This document shows positions 27,223-40,405 of a stretch of 64,000 nt of DNA, piece after piece; the first letter of the stretch is position 1, and each line of letters starts with the position of its first letter. The position numbers were made by a program, and so were the translations under genes. The notes under the pieces are model-generated. The model saw only the letters and a list, made by a program, of their open reading frames with translations. It was not told the origin of the DNA and did no database searches. The DNA is from Eledone cirrhosa (taxonomy: Eukaryota): NCBI GenBank assembly GCA_964016885.1, contig OZ024743.1:28830001-28894000 (forward strand), written 5' to 3'.

Positions 27223-27229
<7 letters not shown>

Positions 27230-28240
27230 ACTAAAAATTGATTAACATATAAATAAACATAAATAATCACAGGAGATAATTTTTACAAGTGTGTAAGCAC
27301 ACATAGCTAGGTAAGTAACTAAATAAAGTTAACCAGAACTTCAAAAATAGATACCTTATAATATGATTAATCTTTCCTGTATATATTCCATTAAAGAAAT
27401 ATATTTCACCAATTAATCGAATGGTAAACCACGGATGCCGATACTTGGATTTTCAACAAGGAAGAAGTTTCAGCGATCTGTGTTTACACTTCAAGTTCAA
27501 ATCAGCGACTGGCCAGCAACTAGAAATACACACATCATACCAGCTTCGTCCCAGTGGCGTGAATAGTGTTATCGACAACTAGAAACAGCAGTCAAGTCCT
27601 TTCAACAGAGTTAGCTCTACAATTAAGGAGCCGTATTTATATATCTATATCCAAAATTAAGATAAATCAAAATGAATTTAATCTATATCAAAATTATGGG
27701 TGTCATGCCAGAAAGACATGCGCCATATCACCCGCAAAATAAGCTCTAAGATTCTAACCAGTGGGACGAAGCTGGTATGATGTGTGTATTTCTAGTAGAT
27801 ACAGCACGTGTTGCTGGCCAGTCGCTGATTTGAACTTGAAGTGTAAACATAGATCGCTGAAACTTCTTCCTTGTTGAAAATCCAAGTATCGGCATCCGTG
27901 GTTTACCATTCGATTAATTGATGAAATATATTTCTTTAATGGAATATATACAGGGAAGATTAATTATATTATAAGGTATCTATTTTTGAAGTTCTGGTTA
28001 ACTTTATTTAGTTACCTACCCAGCTATGTGTGCTTACACACTTGTAAAAATTATCTCCTGTGATTATTCATGTTCATTTATATGTTAATCAATTTCTAGT
28101 TATTATAAAATGCTGGGACCTATTCGTTAGAACCTTAGAGCTTATTTTGCGGGTGATATGGCGCATGTCTTTCTGGCATGAAACCCATAATTTTGATTTA
28201 GATTGAATTCATTTTGATTTATCTTAATTTTCGAGATATA
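27223..28240. repeat. Interleaved inverted repeats A(27223-27557)-B(27646-27757)-A'(27758-28107)-B'(28127-28240)
   Basis: A' is the reverse complement of A (plus a ~14-bp insertion); B' is the reverse complement of B; bounded by (TA)n and abutting the Penelope element. Confidence 0.85.
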
Positions 28241-29094
28241 TATATATATATACCATTACTTATTTGCATAGGTAAGTATATATTACCTGTATGTTTTGTG
28301 AAGGTACGTACACTTTCTCGTACGTATATTTGATTGTATATGTTATGGCGTATAATTTTATATATTCTAGTACATATGGTTTGGTTATGTGTATACGGGA
28401 GTTTTGCGTCCGTGTGAGTATGCAGGTTCGTACGTATGTAGGGTGTGTGTATATGTGTACTTCATGTTTTGGTTGACGTACGTCTCCGAACATTTGTGTA
28501 TTTACATGTAGGTATGTGTGTGCGCTTGTTATATACGTTTATTTAATTATTTATTTATTTGTATACACGCGCACACACACACACATATTTATATGTGCGT
28601 GGTTTTGTATACCTATGGCAAGTGTTTTCGCGTATGCTTGTGTATGTACGTATTTGCATGCGTGTATGTATTTATTTAATTTCTATTACCTCTGTATTGT
28701 ATTTTATTTACTTTATTCTTAACTCTGAAGTGGAGTTTCATTCGGTTTCCTAGTTAGAATTTTAGTCTACGACTTCAGCTATACCATTTACGTGGTTTTG
28801 TCTTTGCGTGCAATTGTTCTCCACGTTCCACATATGACGTATTATCTTCGTTTTTTTCGTTCATTGCCAGAGAACGTCTCTATGAACCACATAAGGGAAC
28901 ATTAGTCTGCGGCTCCTTTTATAGCATAAACGTGGTTCTGTCTTTGCGCGTAGTTGTTTTTCATCGCTCCTATTAATGACATATTATATTCGTTTTTTCC
29001 CGTTCTTTGCCGGGGTACGTTTCCACGAACCAAAGTATCGTCTTCCTGTCTTCCTCCGGTTACAACGTTTTCTGAAATATCCACTTCTGCGATT

Positions 29095-29170
29095 ACAGAT
29101 TGACTTTGTTAGTTTCAGAAGATCCCGTTAAGGGTGAAAGCAGCGATTCTTTGCTTAAACTTTAATCTGT
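29095..29170 (+). ncRNA. Type I hammerhead-like fold in the Penelope pLTR with atypical CAGAAGA core
   Basis: ACAGATTGA(CTTTGTT bulge)AGTTT-CAGAAGA-TCCC(GTTAA)GGGT-GAA-AGCAG(CGATTCT)TTGCT-T-AAACT-TTAATCTGT; AATAAA ~7 nt downstream. Confidence 0.6.
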
Positions 29171-29315
29171 TATTTTAATAAATGTTTGCTCTACGGTTCT
29201 TATATATTTGATATATATTTATCCTTATCGAGCCCTCTTTGTATTTTAGTCTTCAAATTTATTATTATTACTATTTGGCTCCCTCGGTTGAGCACTCTAT
29301 TGACTTATATTCATC

Positions 29316-31422
29316 ATGCAGAAACAACATCTACAATATTTCTACAAAGAACATACTCGTACCAAGCAGGAAAACATACCTAAAACTCCTGATACCGAAA
29401 ACAGACGCGTTCATTAAAAGGTTGCTTTGGCGTGCCTTTTATTTCGATAATCCGCGAAAAGCAGACAACAAACAGGATAAATTTGGGTTTAAAACATATA
29501 ATAACCCCCGTGCATTGCTAGCCTTCGAAAATGATGTCTTGGAACTCATACGGAGTATCAAATTTCGGAATAGGAGCAATTCCTTCCAGCAGGACCTGAA
29601 GAATAGAAATCGTTCTATTAAGGATTCTAATGCCGTGCACGTCCATTCCGACAAAACTGGCAACCTATATCAAGTGGAGCGCAGTACTTACCATCAACTA
29701 CTACATAATGCTGTAACTAAGGATTACCGTAAAACTAATCGGTGCGTCATCAATGAAATCAACGATGCTGGGTTTAAAATCACCTCTGATCTCAACATCC
29801 TGGACCGGACCGAACCTCTGGACCCTATTTCTCTCCACTTTACCCTGAAGGATCACAAATCCAATTTTCCGAACAACCCTCTATTCGGCTTATTAACCCT
29901 ACGAAGTCCGATTTAGGTAGACTTAGTAAAAGGATTCTTGATAGAATTATACCTGAAATTAGAAGTTTGGCCCCTCTTGCACTGTGGAACAATTCTTTCG
30001 CGGTTATTGATTGGTTCAACGGCATATGCAACAAGGAACATTGTCGTTTTATCCAATTCGACATCAACAATTACTACTCCTCCATCACTTTACCACTTTT
30101 CCTTAGAGCTATCAATTTCGCTAAAACACTCACAGTGGTTAAGGATTTCGAAGTTGATGTCATCCTCAATGCCCGTAAGTCGGTGATTAATTTCGACGAC
30201 TCTATTTGGATTAAAAAATCCAATAGTACCCCCATTCGACGTGAGTATGGGCGCCAGCGATTCTGCGGAGGTTACTGATCTTATCGGCCTTTTCCTTCTT
30301 TTCTCCCTCAAGGACGAATACCCCAACGCGGGCGGTGGTTTGTACCGTGATGATGGTCTTTTGACCATGACTAAGTGCGGACCTCGTGCTTGCGACAGGT
30401 TCAGAAAAGAACTTACAGCCTTCTTTAAAGGCTTCAACGTCTCTATACAGGTTGAGGCCAATCTCTCGGTCGTTAATTACCTCGACATTACCCTCAATTT
30501 ATCGAATGGGTTGTATTACCCGTATAGAAAACCGAATGATACGCTTAATTACATACGTAAGCATTCCAACCATCCTGCTATTATAACCAAGAACCTGGTA
30601 AGAAACGCTTCGTTGAGGCTTTCCCGTCTATCTACTAACGAGCATATTTTCAACGACCATTCCACTTATTACAATGAAGCTCTTGCTCGGAGTGGATTTG
30701 TCGATAAGGTAGCATACACAGAGTACGAAAATAGACCTAGAAGAAATAGATCCCGTCGCATTTGTTGGTATAACCCACCATATAATATGGAGGTGGCCAC
30801 ACCATTAGCTAAGATCTTTCTTTCCCTTATTACGAAGCATTTTCCCCCTACACATAAATATAGTAAAATTTTTAATAGAAATACTATTAAAATTTCTTAC
30901 TCTACAACTCCTAACCTTGTACATAAGATCACAGCTTCAAATGTAGCTAAACTACCTAGCCGTAGGAACACGTGCAACCCTGTAGTTAGTACTAACTGTA
31001 ATTGTAGGAAACGGGTTGATTGCCCCCTATTCGGGAAATGCCTCTCTAGTAACATTGTCTACAAATGTAAGGTTGAAACACCCACGTCCCGTAGGGCCTA
31101 CATAGGGTTAACCGCCAATAGATTAAAGCAGCGTCTTTACATGCATACCCATTCTTTTCGTTACCCTCTAAGAAGGAATATGACGTCACTTTCAGCTTAT
31201 ATCTGGAGTCTAAAAGACAAACACACCCAATATAAGTTACACTGGGAGATCCTAGCTAGGGCTAGATCGTATAACGGAAATAAAAGACCATGTGACCTCT
31301 CCTGGAAATACTCTACGCCACACACCACATCTTAAACAAAAAATCTGAGGCAATTTCGGCTTGTAAACAAATTGCACAAAACTTTCCTGTATTACAGCCC
31401 CACGTTATACCCTAACGGATAG
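29316..31422 (+). pseudogene. Penelope-like RT-GIY-YIG polyprotein, frameshifted (~690 aa if repaired)
   Basis: ORF pieces STKNILVPS..RLLWRAFYF, SDKTGNLY, FIQFDINNYYSSI, MGASDSAEVTDLIG, GLYRDDGL, YLDITLNL, YRKPN..YIRKHSNHP, CNCR..CPLFGKC, IVYKC..YIGLT; several frameshifts. Confidence 0.92.
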
Positions 31423-32246
31423 TACGATCTATACGTGGATATTTTACGTCTTGATGTGGTAGCCAAGTATATGTTTTGTTTATACCATTACTTATTTGCA
31501 TAGGTAAGTATATATTACCTGTATGTTTTGTGAAGGTACGTATACTTTCTCGTACGTATATTTGATTGTATATGTTATGGCGTATAATTTTATATATTCT
31601 GGTACATATGGTTTGGTTATGTGTATACGGGAGGTTTGCGTCCGTGTGAGTATGCAGGTTCGTACGTATGTAGGGTGTGTATATATGTGTACTTCGTGTT
31701 TTGGTTGACTTACGTCTCCGAACATTTGTGTATTTACATGTGTGTGTGCTTGTTATATACGTATTTATTTATTTATATACGTTTATTTAATTATTTATTT
31801 ATTTGTATACACGCACACACACACACATATTTATATGTGCGTGGTTTTGTACACCTATGGCAAGTGTTTTCGCGTATGCTTGTGTATGTACGTATTTGCA
31901 TGCGTGTATGTATTTATTTAATTTCTATTACCACTGTATTGTATTTTATTTACTTTATTCTTAACTCTGAAGTGGAGTTTCATTCGGTTTCCTTGTTAGA
32001 ATTTTAGTCTACGACTTCAGCTATACCATTTACGTGGTTTTGTCTTTGCGTGCAATTGTTCTCCACGCTCCACATATGACGTATTATCTTCGTTTTTTCC
32101 GTTCATTGCCAGAGAACGTCTCTATGAACCACCTAAGAGAACATTAGTCTGCGGCTTCTTTTATACCATAAACGTGGTTCTGTCTTTGCGCGTAATTGTG
32201 AAAGCAGCGATTCTTTGCTTAAACTTTAATCTGTTATTTTAATAAA

Positions 32247-32283
<37 letters not shown>

Positions 32284-32289
32284 GTGTGC

Positions 32290-32389
<100 letters not shown>

Positions 32390-32799
32390 GTGTGTGCGTG
32401 TGTGTGCGTGTGTGTGTGTGTGTGTGCTATGAATTACGAGAAAACATAGAAAAGGCCGTATGGTAGTACTAAACTGACGCAGTACACCAGAGCAGTACAA
32501 ACCTCCGCCTAAATCTACAGAATTCGATCATTACATCTTTCCGGAAACACCATCTTATTATAATTCATTAAATGAATTAGTTTACTTCAAATTTTTACTC
32601 TTTCGAAACTTTTACTCCTACATAATTTTTATTTTATATTTTCTGGGAAGGCCTGTTTTAAAAAGATATATTGTACTAATTTACATCATTACGTTAAATG
32701 AATTTGAAATTTTAAAAGTTTGCATCTCAATGCAAATGACCACAATAATAGTTGATCATTGTAAATAAAGCGTTTGAGTTAGGAAACATTGATAAGATT

Positions 32800-33800
32800 T
32801 GAAATGTGTGCGTCCTAACGCTTTCTAAGTCAACTGCTTGGCTTACATTTCTAATTACAGTGTTGAAATCTTCTAACAAGATAGATGCGGGGACCAACGA
32901 CTGTTGTAGTAGTAAAAGAACTCGCCCAGCATCTGGGATATGTGGGCTTCGATTGCTCGCAGGTGCCTCTGTCTACTGTTGTTTCCCGTCTCCAGGGGTA
33001 CTTTACTCGACTTTCTCAATTATCATTTATAGTGATCCACTATTATTATGATAATTTCCGTGGGAACGCACTCATTTCAAATGTTCTCATTGATTTGTAA
33101 GTCGGTCGCTTTTTTTACTAAGTATATTATTTTTCTCATCAGCCACATTTTCCAAATATCTATTGCAGTGCCAAGAGATACACCATATTCTTAGTTCTTC
33201 TATCAAGAGTTAAAAAGAACAAGTTCCTACTGTTTCCAGCACTGCCAAAAGCAACGTACAATGGGAAATACAACACAGTGTGATCCAAGTTTATTACATT
33301 AACTCTAAATTTTGTACTTGTACCTTGGTAATCTTTTCTTTTTTTTTTTTTTTTTGTAAATGTAACGAATGCGGGAAACTAATGCCATTCATATTTGCAG
33401 AGCTCAACTTTCGAGATCAAACGAATTCTTGCAATGAAAACATCTTCTACCTTAAGCAGAATCTGACAAAATTATTATTTCTATGACTTTTAAAAACATT
33501 TTCTTCTCTATATTGTGAAAGATAGAGAAACTTGCAGATGTTCCTTTCTTCAAGATTGACCGATATATTAGGACTTCAGAAAGATTCAGTGAACTTAACT
33601 CACCTATCAAGTAATTCACCGATTCAGGAGGATTTACGAATCCAAAGATGTATACGTAATAGATTCTCTCGGAAGACGTTCCAAACACTTAAAATGTATC
33701 TCTTTACTGGTTCATTTATGGTACTTGTACACTTCTGTCTTTGGCAAGTGGCTTCTTCTAAAGACCTTGGTTGCCTAATGCCTTGGGAATGAAATTGGGC
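32800..33800 (-). pseudogene. Degraded Helitron Rep/Pif1-helicase fragments
   Basis: Minus-strand peptides LERLPRESITYTSLDS..ESVNYLIGELSSLNLSE..ILKKG and VIEIIILSDSA*-EDVFIARIRLI resemble Helitron Pif1 (NYP.EFLNSL..SG, GEDVFIPRI); PDAGEFF..TTVVGP..EDF.TV resembles GE.F.LRLLL..V.GPTSFEDL.TV. Confidence 0.65.
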
Positions 33801-34129
33801 AGACTGAAATTGCGCGTAAGACCTTCGTATATATGTGTGGAAGGGGTATGCTAACGTTTACTCTTTCTTTATCTCCCGTTATCTAGCGGCTCGACAAAAC
33901 GTTATCGATAAAATAGTATCAGGCATTGGTTGTTCCAGACATTGGTTGTTCCAGCATGGTCGTTGATTAATGACTGTAACAAGTAAAAGAATAAAGGAAT
34001 AAAAGAATAATCGAGTAATAGTAATAAAAAAAAAATTGAAGAAAATAAATTGAATAATCACAACTGAAAAATGTGTGAAAACAAGAGAAAAGAAAATTGT
34101 AGCAGATGGCAGAAAAAGAATGGTATGAA

Positions 34130-34188
<59 letters not shown>

Positions 34189-34974
34189 ACGGAAAAAGTT
34201 AACTTTAAAATTTACGAAGTTATTGGGAAACTCCGTGTGAGAAGCAATGTTAATAATAAAAAAAATCTGAAAGAATTCTTTTTTAAATTTATCAAAAAGA
34301 ATCAAATTCTTAATTTTTTATATTTAATTTTTCTTTAAAATTACATTTATACAGACAGAAAAAAATATCAATATATATATATATATATATTACTAAAACT
34401 AGGCTAAAACTAGATTTTTGTTAGTTATCAATCGAAAATGCATCACGTTGTCGTTGAATATTTCTTGAAGACACGATTTAAAAGACACGATGTCTTTCCA
34501 TAGACAGTGATTCAATTATTCATAAATTGCAGTAAGAACAATATCTACTTTTTTTCTGTATTTTCTTTTTGATTTTTTGGCTGGAGGGAGCAAATGTTGT
34601 CAACTGGTGGCGTGAAAATAGAGCATCAGACGATACATCACACATTGCAGACAAGGAAGAAGCAAACGAGCCAACGAGAGAACATCTATGGGGTCCATCG
34701 ACAAGATAAAATATTTACCGAAATCTCCCTCAAATTATACTCTGCCAACTTAAACGAGGAAAATGCTAATTAAATAATGCAGTTATAACTATACCCCTAA
34801 TGTGACATATTGTTTACTGCTGTGGATAAACTACAAACATACAACAGCAAGAACATCAAACACTGTTAAATTTCGTTCATTTATACCAGAAGTTCTCAAA
34901 CTCGCGCCCACGTAATACCCTCAGCGCCATCAACCCTATTTCCAGAGAGACCTCCCTACACGCATATTGTAAAT

Positions 34975-35145
34975 AATCTACTTATATATATAACCAGCAA
35001 TTTCTCTGTCTGTCTGTCCGACAGTGGAAACACGTGCGTAGAGAGAGAGAGTGAGAGTGAAAGAAAGAGACAGACTACGAGAGGGGGATAGCGGAAGGGA
35101 GAGAGGGAGAGAGAGAGAGTGAATAGACGCTAAAACACGTGCTAT
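34975..35145 (+). mobile_element. Helitron-like 5' segment; paralogue at 36415-36690 with an internal ~120-bp duplication
   Basis: TATATAACCAGCAATTTCTCTGTCTGTCTGTCCGACAGTGGAAACACGTGCG shared between the two loci. Confidence 0.5.
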
Positions 35146-36009
35146 AGAAACATTACCTTCCCCTCTCCACTGACTTTGGTCACTGAGGCCGAGGGAATCG
35201 CTGGTTGCTATAGAGACACCTTGCACAAGCCAGAAGTAACCAGTTCGAGGCGGTTCTGACTTGACACCATGCGAAAAAGGTTGCCATTGAATTTGTGGTT
35301 GTTGCTGCTGATAATAAGGACCATTTGAAGAAGGTTGCTGCTGATGAGGTAATTTATTAATCAGATTGCGCAGTTCCATAACCTACGTTTGATTTGTTCA
35401 ATTTTTTCTTCAATTTATTTTGTTGTTTTTTTTTATTTCTTATTGAAAAAATATAAATAATAAAATAAGGTTAGAAATTTAAATACAATTAAATACGATT
35501 TAATTTCCATTTCCATCAGCCAATTTCCAGTGTTCAATTTCATGAAAAAATTGGAAATAATTCAAAAAATTGAAGTTTAACTTTTGAACATTTGTTTTGA
35601 CAATAAAAAAATATTTCCTTATTCACACCTAATGGTATGATTAAAATTTCATAGGAATATTTTTTTCTAACTGCCTGTTATTTAAATATTATTAAAAATA
35701 AATTTTTTTTTTAAAAGAATGGAAGATTTTGTGGATTTTTTTACCACCTTCCAAGCCTTAAACACTAATTCTCGCGAATTTGTGTTTTGTAATGACCCTC
35801 AGGACGCTGCTATTGTTGATTTCAATAGTGCCTGGTATTCGAATATGTTAGTATACAATTTTTTGAATAAAATTAAGGCGCAATTAGAGCTGCCAAACAA
35901 AATTTTTTTCGGCTTCGGTCCATATTATTTTTGGGAAAATTCTATTGGCTCTAATGAGTCTGCCTCTGTTGGCGTTATTTGCGACAGTCACCATTTCTTG
36001 ACTTTCAAG

Positions 36010-36360
36010 TCTATATATGTAAAGCTGAGGTTGTCTGTCTGTCTGTGTACTAAAGCCTTCAGCACACATCTCCTCTTAAACCGTACGTTTAAATTTCGGG
36101 GAAATTGCTACACTTATAGATGAAGGTCCGGCGGAGTCACTGTCTGTCTGTCTGTCTACTAAAACCTTCGGCACACATCTCCTCTTAAACCGTACGTTCA
36201 AATTTCGGTGAAATTGCTACACTTATAGATGAAGGTCCGGCGGAGTCACTGTCTGTCTGTCTGTCTACTAAAACCTTCGGCACACATCTCCTCTTAAACC
36301 GTACGTTCAAATTTCGGTGAAATTGCTACACTTATAGATGAAGGTCCGGTGGAGTCTTCG
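36010..36360 (+). repeat. 109-bp tandem repeat (~3 units) inside a Helitron-like 5' end
   Basis: AAACCGTACGTT at 36078, 36187 and 36296; starts TCTATATATGTAAAGCTGAGGTTGTCTGTCTG, similar to 36915. Confidence 0.8.
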
Positions 36361-36914
36361 GTCATAAACATTTTCAAATCGACCCACGCCAAGTGTAAAA
36401 ATCGAATTTGTAATCTCCTTATAATATATAACCAGCAATTTCTCTGTCTGTCTGTCCGACAGTGGAAACACGTGCGCGCGTGCGAATGTTTTTTGCGCAC
36501 GCGTAGATAGAGAATGAGAGTGAAAGAAAGAGACAGACTACGAGAGGAGGATAGCGGGAGGGAGAGAGAGAGTGAATAGACGCTAAAACACGTGCGCGCG
36601 TGCGAATGTTTTTTGCGCACGCGTAGAGAGAGAGTGAGAGTGAAAGAAAGCGACAGACTACAAGAGGGGGATAGCGGGAGGGAGAGAGGGGGGAATTGAG
36701 GAGTGTTACAGGAACATAGATACATTTCTCTGTGTGTGTAATATATATATATATACACACACAGAAATATATATATATATACACACAGAAATATATATAC
36801 ATTTCTGTGTGTGTAATATATATGTATATACAGACAGAAATATATATACATTTCTGTGTGTGTAATATATATATATATTAGCAGAAAACCACCCGGTGGG
36901 TGGTTTTCTGCTAG

Positions 36915-37260
36915 TCTATATATATAAAACTGAGGATGTCTGTCTGGGTGTGTGTGTGTTTGTGTGTGTGTGTGTGAGTTTGAATCCCTAAAACTCGAGA
37001 AGTACCCAACCGATTTTTTTCAAACTTTACATATGTATTACTTATGTTTCAGGGTCCGCATTAGGTGAAAAACTGTTTTTCAGCTTTTTAGGGGTTTTTT
37101 TAGGCGTTACGTCAGACGGATTTCCTTGAAATTGTAACTATGTATTAGTCAGTCCCTTCTTCATACCGTGAGTAAAGAAAATCCAACTTTTTCATGGCCT
37201 AGGGCCGCATTAGGTGAAAAACTTCATTTTTTCAGCTTTTTAGGGCTTTTTTCCCGAAAT
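36915..37260 (+). mobile_element. Helitron-like non-autonomous element, 5' part
   Basis: TCTATATATATAAAACTGAGGATGTCTGTCTG..(TG)n..AACCGATTTTTTTCAAACTT; internal duplication of GGGTCCGCATTAGGTGAAAAACT. Confidence 0.5.
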
Positions 37261-37984
37261 TTCAAGGCATATTATGCACATAAAAAAAATTAATCTGTGA
37301 AAGCTGGTTTGATTATATATTCTTAATATATTAAAGAATAAATTCCCCAAACACGCTGTTGGTATGCTCGGATATGACAGTTTGGTCTTATCACGCGATT
37401 TTGATGGCCTTACTTTAGATAGGTTCAGTAAAATTTTAAAAGCTACCTTCCTAACCTATGACTAAAGATCACAATAGACGATAATCTCTCCAAGGCTACC
37501 CTCCCAGACCCAAAACTACACGTAACTACTAGATCTAACAAGCCCTTCCACAAGAAAATGGAAAGCTAAAATATATGAACGTAGGTTCCTGCCACCCCAA
37601 TAGTTTAAAAGCACTGGTCATTCGAGACCAAATGGGGCCTCCTCTATGTATATAGGTATACACATTTACATATATATATATATATATGTGTGTGTCCTTT
37701 CTCTTGGAGATTGTTAGTACGTGTATATGAATGTGTGTATCTATGTGCATATGTATGTGAGTAATGTATTCGGTCTGCTTACTGACGTTTAAACGTGTTT
37801 TCACACGGTAATTAAATATACCAATTATATAGACATAGATGTATAAAGAAACAGCTTTTACATTGTATTCCCAAGGCTTATTAAAGCGAGTTTTTGAAGC
37901 TGAATATAATTTCAATCATTTTTTTTTAATTCACTCAGAAAAGTTACATACATGAAGTAACAGGGTTAAACACACACAAGCTTA

Positions 37985-38070
<86 letters not shown>

Positions 38071-38143
38071 AGTACTGCAGTGCTGAGACCAAGGAAACCA
38101 CTAATCATGTGAGTACTCTTCGCGCTACGGTCGGGATTTGACA

Positions 38144-38236
<93 letters not shown>

Positions 38237-38470
38237 ATTTATATATACTTAAGGTAAACATTGATGCAATTCGATATATATATATATATATATATTAATA
38301 TGTATACATATATATATGTATGTCATCATCATCATCATCATCATCATTTTACGTCCGCTTTTCCCTGCTTGCAAGGGTGGGGGGGGGGAAACTGATTCTG
38401 GCTTGATTTCTACAACTGGATGCCCTTCCTAACACCAACCTCATTTACAGTGAGTGCTGGGTGCTTTTTT

Positions 38471-40405
38471 AGGGAACCTGGCACGGGTGGGTCCTTGATC
38501 AATTTAGATCAGTCGAAAGCTTTCGATAGGGTCGACCATCGTTACCTAGCGGCAGTCCTGAGGGTGGCTGGCGTTGGGCCCGTCTTCAGAGGCTGGATCG
38601 CTGCCATGCATAGCGACATCTGCTCTGTGGTGAGAGTGAACGGTCTCCTTTCAGAACCGTTCAACATCATGCGCTCGGTCCGCCAAGGATGTCCCCTCTC
38701 GGCCCTCTTTTACGAGTCATTACTGCACAAACTGGAGACGTTGAGGGTGGTCCCGCGCGAACTAGGATGCGGAAGATCCGTGTCAGCATATGCGGACGAT
38801 GTCACCGTAGTGGTGTCGAACGCCAAACACGATCGGCACTACACTAAGAGAATATGAAGCGGTGACAGGAGCAATGATCAACCAGGAAAAGTGAGTGGGC
38901 CTGCAGCTCGGCACCTGGAGAGGCAGGTCCATGCTGTCCAACAGCGTCGTCGGGCGCTGGACGGATGGACCGGTTAAATTGGTAGGGGCTTGGTTCGGTC
39001 CGGACCTACAGACCGACAAAAACTGAAACGAGGTGACGAGCAGGGTGGCTTCTCTCACCCAGAAATGGGCCGAGAGGAAGCTATCCCTGAAAGGTGGAGC
39101 GGAGGTCACTAACGCGTACATCGCGTCCGTCATCTACTACCGCCTCACCGTTGTACCTTGTCCTAAGCCCCGCCTGACTGCGCTGGAGCGTTTGCTCTTT
39201 CGCTTTTTGTGGAAGGGACGCGCTCCGATGGTCAGGCGGTCCATCTGTTGTTAACACCCGCTACGTGGAGGGTTGGGCATGCCGTGGCTGATGATGCGCA
39301 GACACGCGCTCAGGCTACGACATCTCCACCTCTTCCTCGACAGTGATCAGGTGTGGTCGCCGTTTGCTAGACGCGTCTTTCCCCAGCTCGTCTCCTTGAC
39401 GGAGCTGCAGTCCTGGGTCAAGCGAAGACCGAGAGGGAGCGCTTGGAGACTGGAATGTCTTCAGGCGCTCACAGCCCTCGACCAATCGGGCAATGTGATC
39501 GGTGGAAACTCCACCTCGGCGTTCTATAGAGGATTAGTAGAGGGGAAAAGAGACGACGTACTTGGAGAAACTCTAGGCCTCGACGAAAATCAACTAGCCA
39601 ATCTCTTCGGAAGAACTTTCGGGCCGGGGCCTATGGACAACTTCCAGAAATCCCTGGCCTGGCAGTGCTACCGAGGAGCCTTGCAAGTTCGGGATAAACT
39701 CTATAGGCATGGAGGTGACGTCAGCCGGGCATGTCCGCGATGCGTGCAGGGCGACGAAACCGCCCTGCACGCACTCGTCCAGTGTCCGAGAATTGCTGAC
39801 TTGTGGGTTTATGTCGAACACCTGCTGTCGCGTGTAGGACGGATCCGGCTATCAGCTGAGTCCATCGTGAGGACTGCTCCGCCCTCCTCCTTTAGCCGGG
39901 AAGGGCAGGCAGTTTTTATCTGTCTGGTGGCCATGGCGAAAGAGATAGTATGGTGGACACGTTTGAAAGGGCTGAAGACGAGCACTTACCTCTTCGGTGA
40001 TGCCCAGATTGACTTTTTCAAATTTCATTTGAAAAGGAAAATCAGGGTAGAGAGGGAAGTGCTCTCTTCCCAGCATTTTGTTGAAAGATGGGTGAGAGAA
40101 GCAAGAATGGCCCGAGTGAATGGGCCTACTCTGAGTATGTGTCTGTAAATTAAAGGTGGAAAACTGGGAGAGGGCACTTGCCCTGGTGGTCAGGGTCACT
40201 GTGGACTTTTAATGGGCTTTCTCCACAAATGTCCCTCCGAAGTCTCCCACCTATTGGGGAAATTTTCATTGTTATTTTTTTGTTACAGCCTCTGTTTTTC
40301 TTTTTTACACGCAGAAATGCCCATTTGTACCGTCCTGTATTGTCCTGTACTGTCCTTAATGTCTACTTTATGTAAACCCTTGTGGTTAATAAAGAAAGTA
40401 TTATT
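38471..40405 (+). mobile_element. 5'-truncated, decayed copy of the Tx1/L1-like LINE
   Basis: Collinear with 44571-46510 (LDQSKAFDRVDH, RQGCPLS, YADD, CPRC..HALVQC); premature stops and small deletions; AATAAA at ~40388. Confidence 0.95.

Larger units (their letters stand above)
28252..32250 (+). mobile_element. Penelope-like retroelement with direct pseudo-LTRs (~28252-29183 and ~31483-32250)
   Basis: Single RT + GIY-YIG ORF flanked by the same 3' UTR sequence in direct orientation; both ends at (TA)n; the 3' copy has a ~190-bp deletion near 32198. Confidence 0.93.

Noticed and set aside
36030-36360. CRISPR-like periodic repeats
   Set aside because: Units are contiguous with no unique spacers, no cas genes, eukaryotic context
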